Shown here piece after piece: positions 36,415 through 44,427 of a DNA stretch of 64,000 nucleotides; the first letter of the stretch is position 1; each line of letters begins with the position of its first letter. Under the pieces are notes generated by a model. It searched no databases, was not told the origin of the DNA, and saw nothing but the letters and a program-made list of their open reading frames with translations. The DNA is from Candidatus Methylomirabilota bacterium. GTDB taxonomy: Bacteria > Methylomirabilota > Methylomirabilia > Rokubacteriales > DASRDR01. The translations under genes and the position numbers were made by a program. Location of the stretch: the NCBI GenBank assembly GCA_036558225.1, contig DATBGA010000121.1:4076-68075 (forward strand), read 5' to 3'.

Positions 36415-36622
36415 TGCGCGGTCCGGATCAGAGACGGGCGTGGCCGCCGGAGGGCGGTCTCCGCCAACCGTGGGGCGTCCTCAGGACGTCGCCCGGTCGG
36501 TCGGGATCAGATGCGGATCCCGGTGTCGAGGCTCGCCCTCGTGGCCTTCCGCGCGGCGGCGAGACGGACACCATCCGGCCACGGGATCGGATTGGCCTGG
36601 CCGCACCGCCCGGATGGCGGGA

Positions 36623-37687
36623 TCAGTCGGAGTCGAACGCGTAGTGCATTAGCGGGGGAAGGCGCCGGATCTCCCGCTCGACGTACTCGATCACGCCGGG
36701 CGCGAACGGTACCCTCGTCCGGCTGCGCGCCGGTGACTCCCGGACGATGCTGGTCGCGTCGTCCAGGTAGGAGGCGGACGCCTCCTCGCCCACGAACTCG
36801 ATCGCCGCGCGCAGGGTTTCGCGCGCGCTCGTCAGGAAGCGCTCGTGATAGACGTCGAAGCGCTCGGAGTCCGCGAGCTCTTCGCGGGCCCGCTCCATCG
36901 TGCCGAAGCGGCGGATCTCGGCTCGCGCCGCACCCATGGTGACCTCGGTCCGGGCCGCCCGCTGCGCCATGGTGGCGAGGACGTCGAACGGATTGCGGTA
37001 GTAGAAGAACACCCGCAGTGGCACGCCCACGCGGTGGCGGAGCACCTCGATGGCGTTCGGATTGCCGCGCGCCAGGTAGCGGCTCGACGCACCGCCCTTC
37101 TTGTCGCCGATGACCCGCAGCCGCTGGAAGCGGCCTTGCCATTGGCCGGGCACTGCGTACGAGTAGCCCGACCATCCGCGGCCACAGGCCGCGAACCGCC
37201 GCGAGTTGTCGAGGATCGCCCAGAAGAGCTGGTTCCGCGAGTAGCCGGCGCCCACCAGTGGCAGCGCGTCCAGCTCGTGCGCCACCACGACGTTCGGGTG
37301 GGCGTCGAGGAGCGCCCCGAAAAGGCTGTGGCCGCTGCGCGGCGAGGCCAGGAAGAAGCAGAACGCGCTCACCTCGTGGAACGCGTCGGTGGCGGCCCGC
37401 GACGCCACCAGCGCCTTCAGCCAACCCGTGAGCACCAGCTGCCGGATGAAGATCTCGCCGTGCTCGGCGCTCGGCACCGGGACGTGGTGCGGACGCAGGA
37501 TCAGCGGCAATGCGTGACGGGCCACGTAGAGCAGGGCGCCCAGTTCCACTGGCTGCGACTCCCAGCGGCTCAGAATGCCGGTAAGGGTCCCGTCCGCCGG
37601 CGTGCGACCTGCCCTCCCCGGACGGACACTCCCGGGGCGCCTTCCGAGCCGGTCGGCGGCCGGGGGCGCACCGCCACCATAGCGCAC
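36623..37687 (-). CDS. Sulfotransferase family protein
   Basis: FFLASPRSGHSLFGALLDAHP matches a PAPS-binding 5'-PSB loop, with later basic/aromatic segments (RVIGDKKGGASS..., YRNPFDVLAT). The N-terminal ~100 aa and the true start are uncertain. Confidence 0.65.
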   Translation of the reverse strand: MRYGGGAPPAADRLGRRPGSVRPGRAGRTPADGTLTGILSRWESQPVELGALLYVARHALPLILRPHHVPVPSAEHGEIFIRQLVLTGWLKALVASRAATDAFHEVSAFCFFLASPRSGHSLFGALLDAHPNVVVAHELDALPLVGAGYSRNQLFWAILDNSRRFAACGRGWSGYSYAVPGQWQGRFQRLRVIGDKKGGASSRYLARGNPNAIEVLRHRVGVPLRVFFYYRNPFDVLATMAQRAARTEVTMGAARAEIRRFGTMERAREELADSERFDVYHERFLTSARETLRAAIEFVGEEASASYLDDATSIVRESPARSRTRVPFAPGVIEYVEREIRRLPPLMHYAFDSD

Positions 37688-37904
37688 CTGGACCGGGTAG
37701 CGCGAGTGGCGGCCCCGGCTCGCGGGAGGGAGGGCGGGCCGGGCGATCCGCGGGCGATCGCGGCTGCCGGCGCGGGCGCGGTCCGGGTCGGTCCACGCAC
37801 CGCGCCGAGCGCGCCGGGTGTCGGGTTGACAGGCGCCCGCTCAATTAAGTATCCATTAACTAGGTTTCATTGACCCTGAATGTCCAGCCGTCCCGGGGGG
37901 CCCG

Positions 37905-38396
37905 ATGCGTAGCCTGATGAGCCTGAGTGTCAACGGAGAGCGCCGCGAGGTCGCCGTCCCGGTCCACCGGACGCTCCTCGAGGTGCTGCGCGAGGACCTC
38001 GGGCTGCCCGGGACCAAGCACGGCTGCGAGCTGGGCGAGTGCGGCACGTGCACGGTCCTGGTGGACGGCCAGCCGGTTCTCTCGTGTCTGGCGCTCGCGA
38101 TCGAGTGCCAGGACGTGACGATCCTGACCGTGGAAGGTCTCGCCCGGGGCAGCCGGCTCGACCCGCTCCAGCAGGCCTTCGCGGAGCTGGGCGCCGCCCA
38201 GTGCGGATACTGCACGCCGGGGATCCTGCTCACCGCCCGGGCCCTGCTGGATGCGACGCCGCGGCCCGACCGCGACGCGATCCGGGCCGCGCTCGCGGGA
38301 AACCTCTGCCGCTGTACGGGGTACACGAAGATCCTCGACGCCGTCGAGCTCGCCGCCGACCGCACGGCCCGCCAAGGCGCGGGGAGCCGCCCGTGA
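37905..38396 (+). CDS. XDH-family [2Fe-2S] small subunit (CoxS/HcrC-like)
   Basis: LSVNGERREV...GTKHGCELGECGTCTVLVDG...GAAQCGYCTPG...NLCRCTGY, showing both 2Fe-2S motifs. Confidence 0.9.
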   Translation: MRSLMSLSVNGERREVAVPVHRTLLEVLREDLGLPGTKHGCELGECGTCTVLVDGQPVLSCLALAIECQDVTILTVEGLARGSRLDPLQQAFAELGAAQCGYCTPGILLTARALLDATPRPDRDAIRAALAGNLCRCTGYTKILDAVELAADRTARQGAGSRP

Positions 38397-40825
38397 GCCC
38401 GCGCGAACGGCCGCTCTCCGTCGTCGGGCATCGGCTGCCCAAGGTCGACGCCTGGGCGAAGGTCACCGGCGAGACGCGCTTCGCCGACGACCTCGTGCTC
38501 CCGCGGATGGCGTACGCGAAGCTCCTGCGGGCCCAACACCCGCACGCGCTCATCCGGCGGATCGACACGACGCGCGCGGCGGCGCTGCCCGGCGTCTACG
38601 CGGTCATCACGGGACGGGACTTTCCACCGGTCCGGTTCGGCATCATGCCCGTCAGCCAGGACGAGGAGCCGCTCTGCGTCGAGAAGGTGCGCTTCGTGGG
38701 GGATCCGGTGGCCGCCGTCGCCGCCGTGGACGAGGAGACGGCGGAGGCCGCCGCGCGGCTGATCGACGTGGAATACGAGCCGCTCGACTCGCTCATGTCG
38801 ATGGAGGCCGCCCTGCGTGACGGCACCCACCGGATCCACGAGTACGGCGACGGGCACAACATCCACAAGCTCGTCTCCCTCGAGTTCGGCCACGTCGAGG
38901 ATGGCTTCCGCGAGGCCGACCTCGTCCGCGAGGACGTGTTCTTCTTCGAGGGGAACACGCATCTGCCGATGGAGCAGCACGCGGCCGTCGCCCAGTGGAC
39001 GCCGGACGGGAAGCTCACGCTCTGGTCCTCGACCCAGACGCCGCACTACGTCCACCGGGCCCTCGGGAAGGTCCTCGGCGCGCCGATGAGCCACATCCGG
39101 GTCGTCGCCACGCCGAACGGCGGGGGATTCGGGGGGAAGTCCGACCCGTTCAGCCACGAGATGGTCGTGGCGCGCCTCTCCCAGCTCACGGGCCGCCCGG
39201 TGAAGACGACGCTGACGCGCGAAGAGGTCTTCTACACGCACCGCGGCCGGCACCCGGTGCTCATGTGGGTCCGCGCGGGCGTGCGGAAGGACGGTGAGAT
39301 CCTCGCGCTCCACTTCCGGACCTGGCTCGACGGCGGGGCGTACGGCTCCTACGGCGTGGCGTCGACGTTCTACACGGGCGCGCTCCAGACGGTGACCTAC
39401 CGGGTTGCCCGGTACAAGTTCGAAGGCTGCCGCGTCTTCACGAACAAGCCTCCCTGCGGGCCGAAGCGCGGACACGGGACGCCGCAGCCCCGGTTCGCCC
39501 TCGAGGTCCACCTGGACAAGATCGCCGAGGAGCTGGGCCTCGACCCGGCGGAGATGCGGCGGCGCAGCGTCGTGCCCGAGCACGCGAAGACGGTGAACCA
39601 CCTGACCGTGACGACGTGCGGGCTGCCCGAGTGCATCGACCGTGTGGTGGAGGCGTCGGGCTGGCGGGACAAGTTCCGGAAGCTGCCGCCCGGTCGCGGG
39701 ATCGGGTTCGCCGCGTCCGCCTACCTGTCCGGGGCGGGGCTGCCGATCTACTGGAACGACATGCCGCACTCCGGCGTGATGGTGAAGATCGACCGCGGGG
39801 GCGGCGTTGCCGCGTTCTGCGGGTCGATCGACATCGGCCAGGGATCGGACTCGGTCCTCGCGTACGTCGTCGCCGAGGTCCTGGGCATCCGGCCGGAGGA
39901 CGTGCGGGTCGTGACCGCCGACACCGATCTCACCCCCGTGGATCTCGGCTCGTACTCCTCGCGCGTGACGCTCATGATGGGCAACGCCGCGCGCGAGGCG
40001 GCGGAGAAGCTCCGGACCCCGCTGCTCGCCGCGGCGGCGAAGGAGCTCGACGTTTCGCCCGAGGATCTCGAGGCCCGCGACCGGCGGGTGTTCCTGCGGG
40101 ACGACCCGCCGCGCGGGCTCGCCTTCGACGAGGTCGCGCGGCTCGCGGAAGCGGCCCACGGGACGCTCGTGGGCGTGGGCTCCTACACGCCGCCCCGTCG
40201 CGCGGCCAAGTTCAAGGGATCGGGGGTCGGCCCGACCCCTGCCTATTCCTACTCGGCATGCGTCGTGGAGCTCGAGGTCGATCGGGAAACCGGCGACATC
40301 CGGCTCGACCACGTCTGGATCGCCCACGACGGGGGGACGGCCATCAACCCGCTCCTCGTCGAGGGCCAGGTCGAGGGCTCCATCTACATGGGGCTCGGCG
40401 AGGCGCTGATGGAGGAGTCGGCCTTCCGGGTCCACGGGCTCCACAAGATCCCGTCCATGCTCGAGTACAAGAGCCCGACGACGCTCGAGACGCCGGAGAT
40501 CACGACGCTCCTGGTGGAGACGCGGGATCCGGAGGGGCCGTTCGGCGCCAAGGAAGCGGGCCAGGGCCCGCTCCTTCCCGTGATCCCGGCGGTCGCCAAC
40601 GCGGTCTACGACGCCGTTGGCGTGCGGATCGACGAGGTGCCGATCACGCCCGAGAAGGTCCTGAAGGCGCTCGAGCTGAAGGCACAGGGGAAGGCGCCGC
40701 GCGTGGGACCGGACCGCCTGCCGCACGTCGCGTTCCCCGACCCGATCCGCGTCCCGCCGCCCTGGATCGACCCGGAGGGGCGCGCGGTCACGGCCGTGCA
40801 CGAGCGGGAGAAGCCCCGGCGATGA
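38393..40825 (+). CDS. XDH-family molybdopterin large subunit (HcrA/aldehyde-oxidase-like)
   Basis: The GTG start overlaps the upstream stop (GTGA). It has VGHRLPKVDAWAKVTGETRFADD, QTPHYVHRAL, GGGFGGK and GAKEAGQGPL. Only the 3' 810 codons of the listed ORF 38039-40825 are taken. Confidence 0.88.
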   Translation: MSPRERPLSVVGHRLPKVDAWAKVTGETRFADDLVLPRMAYAKLLRAQHPHALIRRIDTTRAAALPGVYAVITGRDFPPVRFGIMPVSQDEEPLCVEKVRFVGDPVAAVAAVDEETAEAAARLIDVEYEPLDSLMSMEAALRDGTHRIHEYGDGHNIHKLVSLEFGHVEDGFREADLVREDVFFFEGNTHLPMEQHAAVAQWTPDGKLTLWSSTQTPHYVHRALGKVLGAPMSHIRVVATPNGGGFGGKSDPFSHEMVVARLSQLTGRPVKTTLTREEVFYTHRGRHPVLMWVRAGVRKDGEILALHFRTWLDGGAYGSYGVASTFYTGALQTVTYRVARYKFEGCRVFTNKPPCGPKRGHGTPQPRFALEVHLDKIAEELGLDPAEMRRRSVVPEHAKTVNHLTVTTCGLPECIDRVVEASGWRDKFRKLPPGRGIGFAASAYLSGAGLPIYWNDMPHSGVMVKIDRGGGVAAFCGSIDIGQGSDSVLAYVVAEVLGIRPEDVRVVTADTDLTPVDLGSYSSRVTLMMGNAAREAAEKLRTPLLAAAAKELDVSPEDLEARDRRVFLRDDPPRGLAFDEVARLAEAAHGTLVGVGSYTPPRRAAKFKGSGVGPTPAYSYSACVVELEVDRETGDIRLDHVWIAHDGGTAINPLLVEGQVEGSIYMGLGEALMEESAFRVHGLHKIPSMLEYKSPTTLETPEITTLLVETRDPEGPFGAKEAGQGPLLPVIPAVANAVYDAVGVRIDEVPITPEKVLKALELKAQGKAPRVGPDRLPHVAFPDPIRVPPPWIDPEGRAVTAVHEREKPRR

Positions 40826-40849
40826 AGTACGGAGGAACGCGACGGGGTC

Positions 40850-40870
40850 GCCACAGGCCGAAGGCCGTCC
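40850..40870 (+). repeat. 21-nt motif GCCACAGGCCGAAGGCCGTCC, copy A (spacer between the XDH large-subunit and FAD-subunit genes)
   Basis: It is identical to 59628-59648. It contains a GGCC-GAA-GGCC mini-hairpin enclosed by GACGG/CCGTC, and the spacer ends GTACG...CGTAC can also pair. Confidence 0.7.
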
Positions 40871-40889
40871 ATCAACGGGGGGCGTACCG

Positions 40890-41930
40890 ATGATGCGGCT
40901 GCCGCCCTTCCGGTACTTCGCGCCGCGCAGCGTGGCCGAGGCGCTCGGGCTCCTCGTCGAGCACGGCCGCGAGGCCGCGGTGGTCGCCGGCGGCACCGAC
41001 CTCTATCCCAACATGAAGCGCCTGCAGATGCAGCCGCGGGTGCTCGTCGGGCTCCGCGGGATCCGGGAGCTCGCGGAGATCCGGGGGAGCGCCGGGGCCG
41101 GCCTGGTCGTGGGGGCCGGCGCGACGCTCACCCGCGTCGCGGACCACCCGGAGGTCGCGGCCCACTACCCGGCCCTCGCGCGGGCCGCCGGCGTCGTCTC
41201 GACCCCTCAGCTCCGCAACATGGGGACGCTCGGCGGCAACGTGTGCGTCGACACGCGCTGCAACTACTACAACCAGTCCTACGAGTGGCGCCGGGCGATC
41301 GGCTTCTGCATGAAGAGGGACGGCGACATCTGCCTGGTGGCGCCCGGGAGCGCCCGCTGCTGGGCCGTCTCCTCCTCCGACACGGCGCCGGTCCTGTGGG
41401 CGCTCGGCGCCGAGGCGACGCTTGTCGGCCCGTCGGGCGAGCGGCGGATCCCGGTGGCCGGGCTCTTCCGGGACGACGGCATCGAGTACCTCGGCAAGAC
41501 GCCCGCCGAGATCGTGACCGAGCTCCGCCTGCCGCCGGTCGACGGCTGGCGCGCCACGTACTGGAAGCTCCGGCGCCGGGGCGCGTTCGACTTCCCGGTG
41601 CTGGGCGTGGCGGCGGCCGTGCGGGTCGAGGGCGGCGTGTGCCGGGACGCCCGGATCGTCCTCGGCGCCGTGGCCTCGATGCCGCGCGAGGTACCCGAGG
41701 CCGCGCGCGCGCTCGTCGGCCAGCGCCTCGAGCCGGAGGTCATCGCGCGGGCCGCGGAGGCCGCCGCCCGGCCCGCGAAGCCGCTCGACAACACGGACCT
41801 CGTCTATCACTATCGGAAGCGCATGACGCGGGTGTACGTCGGCCGCGCGCTCCGGGAGCTGGCCGGACTGCCCCTCGAGGGGCTCTGGCCCTCCGGGATG
41901 TCGGCGCGGGCCGTGGACGAGGCCCGGTAG
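40890..41930 (+). CDS. XDH-family FAD-binding subunit with a four-Cys insertion (HcrB-like)
   Basis: It has the FAD-binding fold (AGGTDLYPNMK, GTLGGN). The insertion CNYYNQSYEWRRAIGFCMKRDGDICLVAPGSARC gives spacing C-x15-C-x7-C-x8-C, absent from ordinary CoxM/XdhB-type subunits. Confidence 0.85.
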   Translation: MMRLPPFRYFAPRSVAEALGLLVEHGREAAVVAGGTDLYPNMKRLQMQPRVLVGLRGIRELAEIRGSAGAGLVVGAGATLTRVADHPEVAAHYPALARAAGVVSTPQLRNMGTLGGNVCVDTRCNYYNQSYEWRRAIGFCMKRDGDICLVAPGSARCWAVSSSDTAPVLWALGAEATLVGPSGERRIPVAGLFRDDGIEYLGKTPAEIVTELRLPPVDGWRATYWKLRRRGAFDFPVLGVAAAVRVEGGVCRDARIVLGAVASMPREVPEAARALVGQRLEPEVIARAAEAAARPAKPLDNTDLVYHYRKRMTRVYVGRALRELAGLPLEGLWPSGMSARAVDEAR

Positions 41931-41970
41931 GCTCCGGCGGGAGCCGGGGCGAGGGAAAGCGGAGGAGACG

Positions 41971-42735
41971 ATGGCCGGGCAGCCCGCCGAGGTCCAGGGA
42001 GGCGCCTTCAACGACGTCGCGCGGTATGACGCCCTGATGACGGTGGTGCGCGCGCGGATGACCAACCGGGCCTTCGCCTCCTACGAGGTCCCCCGCGAGC
42101 ACTTCACCATGATCCTCGAGGCCGCGCGCCACGCGCCGTCGGGGGCGAACGCCCAGCCGTGGCACTACGTCGTCGTGACCGACCCCGCCGTCAAGCGCCG
42201 CATCGGCGAGCTGTTCGTCGCGGAGCAGCAGCACCGGGCGAAGCTCCGGATGGGGTTCCCCACGCCCAACTACAATGGCGTCAAAACCGCTCCCGGGCTG
42301 ATCGTGATCGTCGCCGACTTCCGCTTCGTCCGGGCCTTCCCGGTGCTGAACGACGACTCGGAGCTCGACCGCCTCTACAAGAAGAACGCCGAGCGGATCC
42401 TCCTCCAGAGCGTGGCCGCCTCGACCATGTCGGCGCACCTGGCGGCCGCCGCCCTCGGCTATGCGGTGTGGTGGATCACGGCGATCGGCCAGGAGGAGAT
42501 CCAGCGCGAGGTGAAGCCGCTCCTCGGCGTGCCGGAGGAGCTCGCGGTCATCGACATCATGTGCTTCGGGCCCCCGGCGAAGCCGTCGTACAAGCGGTGG
42601 AAGAAGCCCCTCGAGCAGATCATGAGCTGGGACCGCTTCGATCCCGCGGCCATGATGTCCGACGCCGACATCGACGCGTGGATCCGGACGACGCGCCACA
42701 AGGTCATGTACCGCGACGAGACGCGGGTCGACTGA
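41971..42735 (+). CDS. Nitroreductase family flavoprotein
   Basis: RMTNRAF...ILEAARHAPSGANAQPWHYVVV is typical of the nitroreductase fold. GGAGGAG precedes the ATG, and the stop lies 9 nt before boxC. Confidence 0.8.
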   Translation: MAGQPAEVQGGAFNDVARYDALMTVVRARMTNRAFASYEVPREHFTMILEAARHAPSGANAQPWHYVVVTDPAVKRRIGELFVAEQQHRAKLRMGFPTPNYNGVKTAPGLIVIVADFRFVRAFPVLNDDSELDRLYKKNAERILLQSVAASTMSAHLAAAALGYAVWWITAIGQEEIQREVKPLLGVPEELAVIDIMCFGPPAKPSYKRWKKPLEQIMSWDRFDPAAMMSDADIDAWIRTTRHKVMYRDETRVD

Positions 42736-42744
42736 CGGGGCGGC

Positions 42745-44427
42745 ATGACGGAGCGCTCGACGGGCGGCGCGGCGACCCCGGTGGACTTCCGGACGGAGCC
42801 CTCGCGCTACCGGCACTGGAAGCTCGAGATCGACGGCCGCGTGGCGACGCTGGCGATGGACGTCCAGGAGGACGGGGGGCTCCGGCCGGGCTACGAGCTG
42901 AAGCTCAACTCCTACGACCTCGGCGTCGACATCGAGCTGGCCGATGCGATCCAGCGCCTCCGGTTCGAGCACCCCGAGGTGGGCGCGGTGATCCTCACGT
43001 CGCTGAAGGAGCGGGTGTTCTGCGCGGGGGCCAACATCCGCATGCTGAGCCAGTCTGGCCACGGCTGGAAGGTGAACTTCTGCAAGTTCACCAACGAGAC
43101 GCGGAACGGGATGGAGGAGGCGAGCGCGGCGTCCGGCCAGCGCTACATGACCGCCGTGAACGGGCCCTGCGCGGGCGGCGGCTACGAGCTGGCCCTGGCG
43201 ACCGACTGGATCGTGATGGCGGACGACGGCAACACGGCCGTGTCGCTTCCGGAGGTCCCGCTCCTCGCGGTCCTGCCGGGCACCGGCGGTCTCACGCGCC
43301 TCATCGACAAGCGCCACGTCCGGCGGGACCGGGCCGACGTCTTCTGCACGCTCGAGGAGGGGATCAAGGGCCAGCGAGCGGTCGAGTGGGGCCTGGTGGA
43401 CGAGGTCGTCTCCCGGTCCCGGCTCGCCGACGCTGCCCGGAGCCGCGCGGTCCAGCTTGCGGAGCGGAGCGACCGGCCCGCGTCGGCGCGGGGAATCGCG
43501 CTGTCGCCCCTCGGCCGGACGATCGAGGGGGACCGGATCGCGTACGGCCACCTCGGCTGTGCCATCGATCGGACGCGGGGGGTGGCGGAGATCAGGGTGG
43601 CGGCGCCGGCCGCCGCCCCGCCGGGCGACCTCGCCGGGCTGCACGCCCAGGGCGCCGCCTTCTGGCCGCTCGCCCTCGCCCGGGCGCTGGACGACCTGAT
43701 CCTCCACCTCCGGACCAACGAGGAGGAGATCGGGATCTGGGTGTTCCGCACGGCGGGCAGCGCCGATCTCGTGACGGCGTACGATCGGCTCCTCGCCGAG
43801 CACCAGGCCGACTGGCTCGCGCGGGAGATCCGGCTCTTCTGGAAGCGGGTCCTGAAGCGCCTCGACGTGTCCTCCCGGTCCGTCTTCGCGCTGGTCGAGC
43901 CCGGCTCGTGCTTCGCGGGCACGCTCCTCGAGCTGGTGCTGGCCGCCGATCGCGCATACATGCTGGACGGCATGCGCGAGGGCCACGCGGGCCCGGCGGC
44001 GACGGTCCGCCTGGGCGAACCGAGCTTCGGGGCGTACCCGATGGTCAACGGGCTCACGCGGCTCGAGAGCCGGTTCCTGGGGGAGCCGCAGCGGGTCGAC
44101 GAGCTGAAGCGGCGGATCGGCGAGGATCTCGACGCGCGCGCCGCGGCGGCCGCCGGGCTCGTCACGTTCACGCCCGACGACATCGACTGGGACGACGAGG
44201 TGCGCATCGCGATCGAGGAGCGCGCCGCGTTCTCGCCGGACGCTCTGACCGGCATGGAGGCTTCGCTCCGGTTCGGCGGCCCGGAAACCGTCGAGAGCAA
44301 GATCTTCGCGCGGCTGTCGGCGTGGCAGAACTGGATCTTCCAGCGAGGGAATGCCGTGGGCGAGCGGGGGGCGCTCCGCGTCTACGGAACGGGCCAGCGC
44401 CCGGAGTTCGATCGGAGGAGAGCCTGA
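42745..44427 (+). CDS. boxC: Benzoyl-CoA-dihydrodiol lyase BoxC (crotonase superfamily)
   Basis: 560 aa. VDFRTEPSRYRHWKLEIDGRVATLAMDVQEDGGLRPGYELKLNSYDLGVDIEL matches my memory of the BoxC N-terminus. It has the crotonase oxyanion region GPCAGGGYELAL and lies immediately upstream of boxB. Confidence 0.8.
   Translation: MTERSTGGAATPVDFRTEPSRYRHWKLEIDGRVATLAMDVQEDGGLRPGYELKLNSYDLGVDIELADAIQRLRFEHPEVGAVILTSLKERVFCAGANIRMLSQSGHGWKVNFCKFTNETRNGMEEASAASGQRYMTAVNGPCAGGGYELALATDWIVMADDGNTAVSLPEVPLLAVLPGTGGLTRLIDKRHVRRDRADVFCTLEEGIKGQRAVEWGLVDEVVSRSRLADAARSRAVQLAERSDRPASARGIALSPLGRTIEGDRIAYGHLGCAIDRTRGVAEIRVAAPAAAPPGDLAGLHAQGAAFWPLALARALDDLILHLRTNEEEIGIWVFRTAGSADLVTAYDRLLAEHQADWLAREIRLFWKRVLKRLDVSSRSVFALVEPGSCFAGTLLELVLAADRAYMLDGMREGHAGPAATVRLGEPSFGAYPMVNGLTRLESRFLGEPQRVDELKRRIGEDLDARAAAAAGLVTFTPDDIDWDDEVRIAIEERAAFSPDALTGMEASLRFGGPETVESKIFARLSAWQNWIFQRGNAVGERGALRVYGTGQRPEFDRRRA

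Noticed and set aside
36144-36467. Cys/Ser/Thr-rich patch HCTAYSAGCTVCCAAS in the 107-aa minus-strand ORF as the real azole-type core peptide for the YcaO enzyme
   Set aside because: The patch is produced by translating the TGCAC palindromes. It lies near the N-terminus of the ORF and is followed by ~75 more residues, which is the wrong topology for a leader-core precursor. The start is TTG without an SD, and third-position GC bias is poor. It is kept in mind only as a long shot.
37826-37885. An AT-rich stretch (TTGACAggcgcccgctcaattaagtatccattaactaggtttcattgacc) upstream of the XDH small-subunit gene as a defined promoter or operator
   Set aside because: A TTGACA hexamer is present, but no acceptable -10 lies at 16-19 nt spacing and there is no clean dyad. 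This is probably the promoter region, but I cannot place its elements with confidence.
37856-40996. 1046-aa minus-strand ORF antisense to the XDH-family genes. There are similar giants at 55010-58567 (1185 aa, antisense to the kinase), 20186-22606, 41740-43986 and 49698-51488.
   Set aside because: All are antisense or alternate frames of genes with strong family motifs. Their composition is dominated by R/P/G/A/D and they have no recognisable domains.
41971-42735. The nitroreductase-family gene as the missing SagB-type dehydrogenase of the YcaO locus
   Set aside because: It is 6 kb away on the opposite strand. It is separated by the sulfotransferase and three XDH-family genes and is tightly coupled (9 nt) to boxC. 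Its context points to the aromatic pathway.
42159-44426. The N-terminal 750 codons of the listed 1226-aa ORF 42159-45839
   Set aside because: Only the part from ATG 44427 matches BoxB. The upstream part is an Arg/Gly-rich alternate frame of the nitroreductase and boxC genes.
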